A stretch of DNA of 64,000 nt, taken from assembly GCA_963666985.2 (NCBI GenBank), contig CAXXIA010000002.1, positions 896,001-960,000 on the forward strand, read 5' to 3'. The translations under genes and the position numbers were made by a program. Below the pieces are notes generated by a model. It ran no database searches, was not told where the DNA came from, and saw only the letters and a list, made by a program, of their open reading frames with translations. How positions within the stretch are numbered: the first letter of the stretch is position 1; each line of letters begins with the position of its first letter. Origin of the DNA: Spirochaetia bacterium. Lineage in GTDB: Bacteria > Spirochaetota > Spirochaetia > DSM-2461. Shown here piece after piece: positions 9,556 to 18,457 of this stretch.

Positions 9556-10746
9556 TCAGAATCCAATCCTTTCAAAGACCAGTCCGGAGAATGACTCTTT
9601 CAGCTTGTCATACACGCGCGCACCGACTAAGAATTCATAAATATCATCAGCTTTCCGAACAGGATCGATATCGGCAAAACGCTCCGGATAAAGAACGGAA
9701 CCGACGAAATACGCATCGGCCAAAACGGAACCGAAATTCTGGGTATACCAATTGTAGGGAAGAACTCCATAAACTTCCCCCGATTTAACAGCCTTCAGAT
9801 TCACGAATGCGGGATCGTTCTGCAGCTCATACAAAGCATTAGCCTTCGGATCGGACTGAATCGTCGATACATCGACAAAAATCACTTCGGGGTCCCACTC
9901 GACGATCTTTTCCTTAGCCACGTCCGCATGGGCAAGTTCCTGCGCCGTTCCATTCGGAATAAAAGCGACATTATCGGCGTTGATAAATGTAAACGGAGGA
10001 TAAACGGGTTCGGTGGAACGAATCCCATGAGGCCCCCGATACGCGATGCCCCCGACGAAACAGCTGATCCTCTCGGCATCGGGGATATCGGCGGTTCTGA
10101 ATTGAAGATCGGCAATCGTCGCTTCAATATAGTCGATTAATTCTTCGGCACGCTCGGAAGCTTCCAGAATCTCTCCCATGTTTCTGAGCGTTGTGAAAAG
10201 ATCATCCAGCTGATGCGTCAAATCACCGTATTCAAAAGTCACAACGGGGATTCCCGTCTTTTGCTCCAATTCAATCGGATCGGTGCCCGATGCGGCATAG
10301 GTCTTAAAAATAACTTCAGGAAAGGGCTCAAGCGCAACGATTAATTCAGGATTATCATGTCCCCGAAATTCACCGAAAATCGGCATATCGGCAAACTGAG
10401 GATTGGCCAAAGCATAGGGCCGGGCATCAAATTTCGGCCGCCGTCCTTCCATATCGTCGACTGCGATTACCCGGTCCTGACGCTGTAAATAGGTTACAAG
10501 CCTTAAACAGCCGGGACCTGAGCAAATTATGTTCTTCGGGGAAGAAGAAAGACTGATATCCCGTCCGAGAGCATCCTTAATTTCAATCGCCGCCGCAATC
10601 GATGCGTCTGAGGAATCTTTGGAAGAATCAGCTTCTTTCTCTCCTGCCGCGAACACTCCGGTGGCACAGAAACACAGAAGAATCGCAGTACAGATCATTC
10701 TATTTCGCGGAGAAGAACTTCTGAGATTTCTTGTGAAAATTTTCAT
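9556..10746 (-). CDS. Class III (BtuF/FhuD-like) substrate-binding protein
   Basis: Signal peptide ending FAAGEKEA; KDALGRDI, EKIVEWDPEVIF, LKAVKSGEVY; SD AAGAAGGT before ATG 10746. Confidence 0.88.
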   Translation of the reverse strand: MKIFTRNLRSSSPRNRMICTAILLCFCATGVFAAGEKEADSSKDSSDASIAAAIEIKDALGRDISLSSSPKNIICSGPGCLRLVTYLQRQDRVIAVDDMEGRRPKFDARPYALANPQFADMPIFGEFRGHDNPELIVALEPFPEVIFKTYAASGTDPIELEQKTGIPVVTFEYGDLTHQLDDLFTTLRNMGEILEASERAEELIDYIEATIADLQFRTADIPDAERISCFVGGIAYRGPHGIRSTEPVYPPFTFINADNVAFIPNGTAQELAHADVAKEKIVEWDPEVIFVDVSTIQSDPKANALYELQNDPAFVNLKAVKSGEVYGVLPYNWYTQNFGSVLADAYFVGSVLYPERFADIDPVRKADDIYEFLVGARVYDKLKESFSGLVFERIGF

Positions 10747-10750
10747 CAAT

Positions 10751-10796
10751 TACCTTCTTTCACCATTTTTAACCATAACTAACCATATATATCCTT
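10751..10796. promoter_or_regulatory. 10-bp-phased direct repeats, candidate DeoR operator
   Basis: TACCTT/CACCAT/AACCAT/AACCAT/ATCCTT start at 10751, 10761, 10771, 10781 and 10791, between the divergent SBP and DeoR genes. Confidence 0.5.
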
Positions 10797-10831
10797 CTCA
10801 TACAAGACGAAATCGCTTTTTTTAGGAATAT

Positions 10832-10860
10832 TTGACATTGATGGAGAGCGGTGCTATCGT
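10832..10860 (+). promoter_or_regulatory. sigma70 promoter of the DeoR gene
   Basis: TTGACA-N17-TATCGT with extended -10 TG. Confidence 0.65.
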
Positions 10861-10873
10861 CGATTTCACAATA

Positions 10874-11671
10874 ATGGAAAATCAGGAAAAGCCTCTTGCA
10901 CTGGAACGCCGCAGAAAAATCTTGGATATACTTTCCAAGCAAAAAAGCGTTCGGGTAGAAGAACTCCAAGAAATCTTAGATGTTTCAGGAAACACGATTC
11001 GCCGCGATTTGGCCGCATTGGAAAAGGAAGGTCGTTTAAAGAGATCTTCCGGGGGCGCTGTTCAACGAAACGCTTCGGATATGGTGCAGGTCTATCGATC
11101 AAGGGCCGAGCATCAAAACGAAGAAAAAAGCATTATCGGAGCATTCGCGTCGACGTTGGTTTCCGAAGGACAGACCGTTATCATCGACGCGGGTACAACC
11201 GGACTGGAACTGGCTCGAAACCTGAAAAAACGAAACCATATAATGGTGGTTACCAATTCTCTGGATGTCGCCGGAGAGCTGTCGGATTCCAGAGAATTAA
11301 CTCTGGTAATGACGGGAGGATCCTTCGATCCGTTTTCACGGGCTCTTACGGGTAAAACCGCCGAGGATTTTATTCGCTCCATCCGTGCGGATATCGCGTT
11401 TCTTTCCGTCCGGGCACTGTCGTTGGAACACGGCCTGATGGCTCACGGACTGAATGAAACGCCTATAAAACAAGCCATGATGGCCTCGGCGAACACGACC
11501 TATATCCTGGCCGACCATACGAAATTCGACCGAACGGGACTGAGTATCATTTCACCCCTTCCGGCACCTGTAACGGTTATCAGCGATCCGGAGCTTCCAG
11601 AGGAAACAGTGAAGCGATTTCGGAATCAGGGTCTTGAAGTGATTATCGCAAAAGGAAAAGATAACTGCTGA
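10874..11671 (+). CDS. DeoR/GlpR-family transcriptional regulator
   Basis: ERRRKIL, VSGNTIRRDL, IIDAGTT, VVTNS, ADHTKF; start moved to ATG 10874 because the ORF-track TTG lies in the -35 box. Confidence 0.92.
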   Translation: MENQEKPLALERRRKILDILSKQKSVRVEELQEILDVSGNTIRRDLAALEKEGRLKRSSGGAVQRNASDMVQVYRSRAEHQNEEKSIIGAFASTLVSEGQTVIIDAGTTGLELARNLKKRNHIMVVTNSLDVAGELSDSRELTLVMTGGSFDPFSRALTGKTAEDFIRSIRADIAFLSVRALSLEHGLMAHGLNETPIKQAMMASANTTYILADHTKFDRTGLSIISPLPAPVTVISDPELPEETVKRFRNQGLEVIIAKGKDNC

Positions 11672-11743
11672 GGCGATCTGAAAAGACTTTGATTCTTGAA
11701 GTCGTCTCTATAATATCTTAGCATTTCCGGACATTGAGGTTAT

Positions 11744-12184
11744 ATGGGAGAAACCGTACGCTTCAGCGTTTCCATGGACAGTGACCTTGTTGATCTTCTG
11801 GATAACATCAGTCTTCATCAAGGTCATGAGAATCGATCGGAAACACTGCGGAATCTAATCAGAAAAGAACTTATCGATACCGGAGCCCAAGACGCCGACA
11901 GGGAAATTATAGGAACAGTCACTCTCCTCTATCATTACGAAACCCGTCTGCCCCGAATATCGGTAAAATCCTTTCCCTCGGTACAGATTACGGCCAACCT
12001 GCAGCTTCATGTAAAAGATGAGATCTGTGTAAAGGTTCTTGTTGTAAAAGGCAAAAGCAAAGAGGTTCATGCCTGGGCTCAAAAGCTTTTATCCGGCAAA
12101 AAAATAATCGGGAAACTTACCTTGGCCGCTACGGATGAATTATATAAAGAATTGGTGAAAAATAAGTTATCCCAACCGAGGTGA
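11744..12184 (+). CDS. nikR: NikR-like ribbon-helix-helix regulator with degenerate metal site
   Basis: VRFSVSMD...NRSETLRNLIR...GTVTLLYH...LQLHVKDEICVKV..VKG; SD GAGG. Confidence 0.8.
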   Translation: MGETVRFSVSMDSDLVDLLDNISLHQGHENRSETLRNLIRKELIDTGAQDADREIIGTVTLLYHYETRLPRISVKSFPSVQITANLQLHVKDEICVKVLVVKGKSKEVHAWAQKLLSGKKIIGKLTLAATDELYKELVKNKLSQPR

Positions 12185-12355
12185 TTTTTAAAATCAGCGA
12201 TTTTCGAAACAAATCCCTTCAAAAATGAGTTTGAAAAGGATTTGGATCATCGGATGTAAGCAATTCCGTCAATTATGAAATTGCTCCAACCAGGAAGAAC
12301 CAATGTGTTTCACGGATATTTACCGGAAATATTCAATTGGATTTCGGCACACGGG

Positions 12356-12391
12356 GTAACACTTTATCTAAATTTCGTAACACACTATAAT
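12356..12391 (+). promoter_or_regulatory. Candidate NikR operator overlapping the promoter of the second ABC operon
   Basis: GTAACAC-N14-GTAACAC (12356-12383), then TATAAT at 12386-12391. Confidence 0.55.
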
Positions 12392-12422
12392 CAGCCACCG
12401 TATAAAACATGTGGAGGTTCTC

Positions 12423-13574
12423 GTGTTAAAAATTTATAAAACGAAGTTTCTATCGGTCTGTTTTCTTTTTGCCTGTATTGTTCCCGGACTTTTTGCGGCA
12501 GGACAGCCGGAGGCTCAAGAACCACAAGCCGCTCAAGAAATTCAAGCAGCTCCGGAAACAGTAACCCTAACGGACATGCGCGGACGCGATGTGACCGTTC
12601 CGGGGGAAATACACAGCGTTGTAGCTCTGGGAGCGGGCTCGCTCCGGTTGGTCGGATATTTAAACGCGACCGATAAAATAATCGCTGTTGAGGATGCCGG
12701 ACACGGCAGGGAAAAAACCGTCCATGATTTTTTCCCTTTAGCGACATACCGTCTGGCCTTTCCGGAACTTCGGGAGCTGCCGAGCATCGGAAGCGGTGAA
12801 AACCATGAAGGAATCATTGCCGCGAACCCGGATCTTATTATCTCTTCGGCCGTTGATGTCGGCCAATTGGATCAATTACAGCAAACATTGGGAATCCCTG
12901 TTTTCGCAGTTAATGTTGATGTTGAATTTTTTGATACGGAACTCTTTTTTCACGAGCTGGAAATCCTCGGAAAACTGTTAAACAAGGAAGAAAGGGCCGC
13001 GGAGCTTATTGATGGAATAGAAGCGGCATTGGAGGACCTTGAAACTCGGGCTGCAAAAGTGGAAATCCCCAAAAAGGCTTACGCCGGCGGAATGATGTAC
13101 TATGGCCCGGCGGATCTTTTACGAACAACCGGAGACTATCTCCCCTTTGAACTGACGGGTACCCAAAACGTTATGCCGACCAATCCGGCGGGTAACCTTC
13201 AGCCCTACATGACTTCCTTGGAAGACCTGATAGCGGCGGCCCCGGATTATGTCTTTATCGACGCGGCAAATGTACAGCTTTCAAAATCCGGATTCATGAC
13301 CAGCCGAAAGGTTCTGGAAGAACAAGTCCCGGCATTTTCGAATCAAGACGTCTATACCACTCTTGTTTATAAATACTACGGAACAAACTGGGAGAATCAG
13401 CTTATCAATGTCTATTATGCCGGTAAGCTCCTCTACCCTGAACTCTACAGTGATTTATCGATAGAGGAAAAAGCGGAGGAAATTTGGAATCTATTCTTCA
13501 GTGTGCCGCTGGATTACAACACTGTTGTTGATCGGCAGAAAGCCGGTCCGGGAAAGGTGGATTGGTTTCATTAG
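12423..13574 (+). CDS. Class III substrate-binding protein, paralog of 9556-10746
   Basis: GTG start after GGAGG; FAAGQPEA signal; TDMRGRDV, LRLVGYL, YYGTNWEN. Confidence 0.88.
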   Translation: MLKIYKTKFLSVCFLFACIVPGLFAAGQPEAQEPQAAQEIQAAPETVTLTDMRGRDVTVPGEIHSVVALGAGSLRLVGYLNATDKIIAVEDAGHGREKTVHDFFPLATYRLAFPELRELPSIGSGENHEGIIAANPDLIISSAVDVGQLDQLQQTLGIPVFAVNVDVEFFDTELFFHELEILGKLLNKEERAAELIDGIEAALEDLETRAAKVEIPKKAYAGGMMYYGPADLLRTTGDYLPFELTGTQNVMPTNPAGNLQPYMTSLEDLIAAAPDYVFIDAANVQLSKSGFMTSRKVLEEQVPAFSNQDVYTTLVYKYYGTNWENQLINVYYAGKLLYPELYSDLSIEEKAEEIWNLFFSVPLDYNTVVDRQKAGPGKVDWFH

Positions 13575-13576
13575 TC

Positions 13577-14689
13577 ATGCCGGAGAACAAGGGTGAGCAA
13601 GGAACATCGGTGAAGTCTTTTGATACTTCCATCCGGAACCATTACAAAGGTTATGTAAAAAAAAAGCGATTTTTTCTCGCGGTTATCGGATTACTTCTTG
13701 CCGCCCTTGTTGTTATTTCCACCTCGATGGGAACAATCAGGATAACCTTCAAAGAAGTTGCTTCCATTATCATTCGGCTCGATAGAACCGGTTCAGGAAG
13801 AATTATATGGGATGTACGCATGCCCAGAATCATAGCGGCCCTTCTGGTCGGTGCCGGACTGTCTCTTTCGGGGACGGTGATGCAGTCGGTACTCCGAAAT
13901 CCCCTGGCATCTCCTTCTACTCTCGGACTTTCCAGTGCCGCTGCCTTTGGGGCTTCCTTTGCCATAGTATTTTTCGGAGCCGGTACCGGCACAACCTCAA
14001 CAATACTCATCAGCAATTCCTTTACCGTTGCCGTTTCCGCTTTTGCGTTCTCAGCTCTCTCGACATTGGCGATTCTCCTCCTTACCGTTTTAACCAAAAT
14101 CACAGCCGAAAGCATGGTATTGGCGGGGATTGCCATCGGTTCGATTTTTTCCGCAGGTCTTACTCTGATGCAGTATCTTGCCGACAGCATTCAGCTGGCC
14201 GGCATAATCTCCTGGACCTTCGGCGATCTTGGCAGGGCGAACTGGCACTTTCTTTATATAATTGCTCTGGTCCTGATTCCCATATCCCTTGTGTTCTATT
14301 TTTATCGCTGGGATCTTAATGCTCTGGATACGGGTGAAGATTCGGCCAGAGGACTCGGCGTGAAAACCGGTACCGTTCGGATCATCGGGATGGTATCGGC
14401 ATCAATACTCTCAGCGGTCATCGTTTCCTATTTCGGAACAATCGCCTTCATAGGTCTTCTCGGGCCCCATATAGCAAGAAGACTTCTCGGCGGCGATCAC
14501 CGTTTTCTCTTGATTGCATCTCCATTAATCGGAGCATTTATACTCTTGGCTGCGGATACGGCGGCCAGAACGGTCCTTGCTCCCATGGTTCTGCCGGTAG
14601 GAATATTAACGTCACTGTTAGGCGGCCCTCTTTTCATCTATCTCCTTATAAAGGAAGAAAAAGATGATCCTAAGAGCCCAAGACCTTGA
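13577..14689 (+). CDS. FecCD/BtuC-family ABC permease
   Basis: VRMPRI, MQSVLRNPLASPSTLG, GEDSARGLGV, IAFIGLLGPH. Confidence 0.92.
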   Translation: MPENKGEQGTSVKSFDTSIRNHYKGYVKKKRFFLAVIGLLLAALVVISTSMGTIRITFKEVASIIIRLDRTGSGRIIWDVRMPRIIAALLVGAGLSLSGTVMQSVLRNPLASPSTLGLSSAAAFGASFAIVFFGAGTGTTSTILISNSFTVAVSAFAFSALSTLAILLLTVLTKITAESMVLAGIAIGSIFSAGLTLMQYLADSIQLAGIISWTFGDLGRANWHFLYIIALVLIPISLVFYFYRWDLNALDTGEDSARGLGVKTGTVRIIGMVSASILSAVIVSYFGTIAFIGLLGPHIARRLLGGDHRFLLIASPLIGAFILLAADTAARTVLAPMVLPVGILTSLLGGPLFIYLLIKEEKDDPKSPRP

Positions 14690-15416
14690 ATTCCGGTATA
14701 ACAGCCTCCCGATAATCCAAAATATTTCCTTCGGCGTAGAGGAAGGAGAAATCCTCTCCATACTCGGCCCAAACGGTGCCGGCAAAACAACCCTTTTGAA
14801 ATGTCTTAACCGCGTTCTTTCTCCCAAAGGAGGAACCGTACAGATTGACGGAAAAGACACCAGGCATTTGGGGCCGGTTAAAATTGCCCAAAAGATGGGC
14901 TGGGTACCACAGCGCGGTGATGTTTCCAGAATGAAAGTGTATGACTTGATTCTGCTCGGCAGAAAACCTTTTTTCCGCTGGGAACCCGGCAGGGATGATT
15001 ATCAAAAAGTCGATAAGGCAATCGAGATTCTCGGGATTGAGGATTTGAGCCTTCGCTATGCCGATGAAATTAGCGGCGGTGAGTTCCAGCTGGTTCAAAT
15101 AGGACGAGCCCTGGCGCAAGATCCTCGCGTCGTGCTCTTCGACGAACCGACAAGCAGTCTTGATATCGGGAATCAGCACCGCCTGATGACCAAGATACAT
15201 TCGCTGATTCATGCCGGGCCCGGGGCCGCGATCATGACGATGCATGATATCAATCTTGCTTTGCGTTATTCCGATAAATTTCTTCTTCTTAAAAACGGCT
15301 GTATTTGCGCGGCGGGAGACCGTACCATAATAACCCCAGAAAATATTGAAGAAGTCTATGGAATGAAAGTCAACGTGGTTGAAGCCGGCGGTTCTCCTCT
15401 CGTCATTCCGGTATAG
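14664..15416 (+). CDS. ABC transporter ATPase, FecE/BtuD type
   Basis: GPNGAGKTT, ISGGE, FDEPT, HDINLA. Confidence 0.93.
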   Translation: MILRAQDLEFRYNSLPIIQNISFGVEEGEILSILGPNGAGKTTLLKCLNRVLSPKGGTVQIDGKDTRHLGPVKIAQKMGWVPQRGDVSRMKVYDLILLGRKPFFRWEPGRDDYQKVDKAIEILGIEDLSLRYADEISGGEFQLVQIGRALAQDPRVVLFDEPTSSLDIGNQHRLMTKIHSLIHAGPGAAIMTMHDINLALRYSDKFLLLKNGCICAAGDRTIITPENIEEVYGMKVNVVEAGGSPLVIPV

Positions 15417-15426
15417 GCGATAAAGA

Positions 15427-16003
15427 ATGCATGCGGATAAGAAAAACTCGGCATGTTTCAGGGCCGAAATACTAAAAGCCGTACACAAACAGCTTGAGCT
15501 GTATCCGGAGTCATCCCTAAAAGATCTCTACAAAAGCTTCTTTCAAGACGAGTTTGGCCCGGGGCATCTTCTGGGGAATCCTGAAAAAGCCAAAACTTAT
15601 TTTGAACAGGAATTGGAGGTTATGGTAAGTCGCGGCCGCCATACTGTTGAACCCTGTGGACTGGGATGCAACTATTACCGGGTTCCCATGGATCCGGTTA
15701 TTGACGGCTTAATCCCGGCCGAAGCCTACTTTACCGCCTTTCTTGCCGGCTCCATGGAAACGACTAAGCCCGATGTACATGAATGGAAGGGAACGTGGAA
15801 TTTAATACTCGAAACACTGAAACGGCCAGATAAATGATTTTAAAATAGATTCCGCGGAGATAAGCAAGGCTTTAGAGAAGGGGAATTATGTCATGCACCA
15901 CAGCAAGCGCTACAGGGAAGCCTATAATCCCCACTATAGAATCTTCAGCACCCGCCGGCTGCAAATCATCGATCCGAATGGCATCTTTACGGAAATCAAA
16001 TAA
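15427..16003 (+). pseudogene. Hypothetical protein split by one frameshift at ~15821-15835 (pseudogene or read error)
   Basis: ORF with DLYKSFFQDEFGPGHL stops at 15837; the +1 frame continues ...GNYVMHHSKRYREAYNPHYRIF... to TAA at 16003. Confidence 0.65.
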
Positions 16004-16050
16004 AGAAAAATCAACACAGGGATCTTCCGTTTCTCCGAGAAATCTTTCTA

Positions 16051-16713
16051 TCAGCCGAAAATCACCTGCTCCATAATAATGCAGAGCGTATGATAAATCG
16101 GCAGATGACGTTCCTGAATTCGATATGTTTCGGTATCGGGTACGCGGAGGCAGACATCGCAGAAATCCTTCAGACGGCCTCCGGAAGCTCCGGTCATTCC
16201 CAGAACCTTCAGACCGCGGGCCTTCGCGACAACCGCCGCGGCCAGGACATTCTTCGAATTTCCCGAAGTGGTTATTCCCCAAAGAATGTCTCCCGGACGT
16301 CCAAGAACCAATGTCTGCTGGGCGAAAGCCAATGACGGTTCCACATCGTTGGCGAATGCCGAAGAGAGGGCGGTATGCTGCGTTAAGGCAATTGCCGGGA
16401 TCCCCATCTGCAGGTTATCCGCCGCCATGGCTCCCAGTTCGGAATCCGCAGAACGGAGAGCCTCCTGCAATTCGTGCTTCAAAGGCCGCTCCCTGATGAA
16501 GGACTTCATCAGCTCACCGACAATATGATCGGCGTCCGCCGCGCTGCCTCCGTTCCCGCAAACAAGAAGTTTCCCATCGTTTCGAACACTTTCAAGAAGC
16601 AAAAGAGCCGATGTTTCCAGCGATTCGCGGATATCCGAAAGGTCGGGGTAACGGCGGATTAAATCGTCGATATGATAATTTACAATTTGATTATCGTTCA
16701 TGCTCAATTCCAT
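16051..16713 (-). CDS. SIS-domain GmhA-like phosphoheptose isomerase
   Basis: CGNGGSAADADHIVGEL, AFAND, TTSGNSKNV, RIQERHL..YH. Confidence 0.88.
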   Translation of the reverse strand: MELSMNDNQIVNYHIDDLIRRYPDLSDIRESLETSALLLLESVRNDGKLLVCGNGGSAADADHIVGELMKSFIRERPLKHELQEALRSADSELGAMAADNLQMGIPAIALTQHTALSSAFANDVEPSLAFAQQTLVLGRPGDILWGITTSGNSKNVLAAAVVAKARGLKVLGMTGASGGRLKDFCDVCLRVPDTETYRIQERHLPIYHTLCIIMEQVIFG

Positions 16714-17629
16714 TTATCGCCACTCCCAATGCGGCCCTATCTCCGAGAGAATCGCCCAGCCCCGAAGGCAGGATACGGCAGTCCAAGCGCGCCTGAGGTA
16801 GAGCTTCCTCTTTAATAATCCGTTCCATGATTGGACGAAACAGCTCTTCGCTTCTGCTGAAGATACTGCCGATGATGATGCATTCGGGATTCAGGATATC
16901 GATGAGCATCGCCAATCCTCTTCCCAAATACCGGGCGCTTTCATCGGTTACGGCTTTTGCCCGCGAATCCGCGGCCTCAGCCCGAAGGCAGATGTCCTTC
17001 CCCGACAGCTCTTCGCCGTACAAGGATTGAAACGCTTTGGCAAGACCGCCGCCGCTGCAAAATCCTTCCCAGGATCCGTGTTTCCCATATCCGAAAGGAC
17101 CCTCTTCAGCCATTCGAACATGACCGATCTCACCGGCCAAGCCGGAAGTTCCGCCGTAAAGAGCTCCGTTGAGAATCAGGCCGGCGCCCAAACCGGTTCC
17201 GAAGGTAAGAAAAATAAGATTCTCGAATCCTTTTCCGTTCCCCCAGTACCATTCGGCCAAAACGCAGGCATTGGCGTCGTTTTCAAGATAACATGGCAAT
17301 CCGGTCTCTTGTTTAAGAATGGCAACCAGAGGAATCTCGTCCCAGCCGGGCAGATTCGGCGGTGAAAGGATAAGCCCTTTCCTGCTGTCCAGAGGACCTC
17401 CGCAGCTGATGCCCACCGCCGCCGGACCGCCATCAGCCTTCTTACGGCTGAATCCATTAATAATGTCCGTTATTCGTGCAATCGTCCCGTTCGGCGTCGA
17501 CTCGGTGGCGAACAGCTCCTTTTCCAGCACCTCTCCGCCGGCGCTTCCAAGGCAAACCGCGGTTTTTGTTCCTCCGATATCAACTCCGATAATCAGCTGT
17601 TCATGAGAATCAACGGTTTTTCCGCCCAT
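16691..17629 (-). CDS. ROK-family sugar kinase
   Basis: GVDIGGTK, SPPNLPGW, ENDANA, GTGLGAG, GEIGH, WEGFCSG. Confidence 0.92.
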   Translation of the reverse strand: MGGKTVDSHEQLIIGVDIGGTKTAVCLGSAGGEVLEKELFATESTPNGTIARITDIINGFSRKKADGGPAAVGISCGGPLDSRKGLILSPPNLPGWDEIPLVAILKQETGLPCYLENDANACVLAEWYWGNGKGFENLIFLTFGTGLGAGLILNGALYGGTSGLAGEIGHVRMAEEGPFGYGKHGSWEGFCSGGGLAKAFQSLYGEELSGKDICLRAEAADSRAKAVTDESARYLGRGLAMLIDILNPECIIIGSIFSRSEELFRPIMERIIKEEALPQARLDCRILPSGLGDSLGDRAALGVAINGIEHER

Positions 17630-17632
17630 TTT

Positions 17633-18457
17633 CTACCCTTTAACGGATCCGGCCAGCAGGCCGCGGATAAAGAACTTACCGAGGAAGATATAAATAAGCA
17701 GTGTCGGAACCGCGGCAATAAGGGCACCGGCCATCTGAACATTCCACTCAATAATCTGACTTCCCGCAAGATTCTGCAGCGCCACGGTAATCGGCTGAAT
17801 CGAGGGCTTCTGTGTTATAACAACGGCGAAAAGAAAATCATTCCAAACACTGGTAAACTGCCAAATCAGAACAACAACCATAGCCGGAGCCGATATGGGG
17901 AATATGATCCGGCCGAAAACACCCCAGATCCCCAAACCGTCAAGCTGTCCGGCTTCAAGAAGCTCATCGGGAAGTTCCGCGTAGTAATTCCGGAACATCA
18001 ACGTCGATATGGGAAGTCCGTAAACCAGATGGGTAAAAATCAATCCGGTCAGACGGCCGTACAAACCGATTTTACTCAAAGTCTGGACAAGAGGAATAAG
18101 GATGCTCTGGTATGGAATAAACATTCCGAAAACGATAAGTGCAAAAACAACGTTGGCGCCTCTGAATTTCCATTTTGAAAAAACATACCCGTTAACCGAA
18201 CCCATAAGAACGGAAAGAAGAGAGACCGGAATCACCATCAGGAAACTGTTTTTCATATTCCCGCCGAGTTTTGAAAACGCTTCGCCGAAGCCTTCAAAAC
18301 TGGGAGATTTCGTCATAATCCACATTTCGCTGATTCGAACTTCTGAAAAGGGTTTAAAACTCGTATTGAACAGAATATAAAGTGGAAAAAGAAACATCAG
18401 GGCAAACAGAATGGCCACTGTATATTTAATTATCGGGTTATCCGCTTTTTTCATCAT
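17633..18457 (-). CDS. Carbohydrate ABC permease (MalG-like)
   Basis: EAA-type loop ELLEAGQLDG, WNDFLF, GLLAGSVKG. Confidence 0.92.
   Translation of the reverse strand: MMKKADNPIIKYTVAILFALMFLFPLYILFNTSFKPFSEVRISEMWIMTKSPSFEGFGEAFSKLGGNMKNSFLMVIPVSLLSVLMGSVNGYVFSKWKFRGANVVFALIVFGMFIPYQSILIPLVQTLSKIGLYGRLTGLIFTHLVYGLPISTLMFRNYYAELPDELLEAGQLDGLGIWGVFGRIIFPISAPAMVVVLIWQFTSVWNDFLFAVVITQKPSIQPITVALQNLAGSQIIEWNVQMAGALIAAVPTLLIYIFLGKFFIRGLLAGSVKG

Noticed and set aside
12185..12355. Cobalamin riboswitch before the BtuF-like SBP
   Set aside because: No B12-box or GGGAA/GCCACTG elements seen; only a hairpin at 12211-12243, probably the nikR terminator
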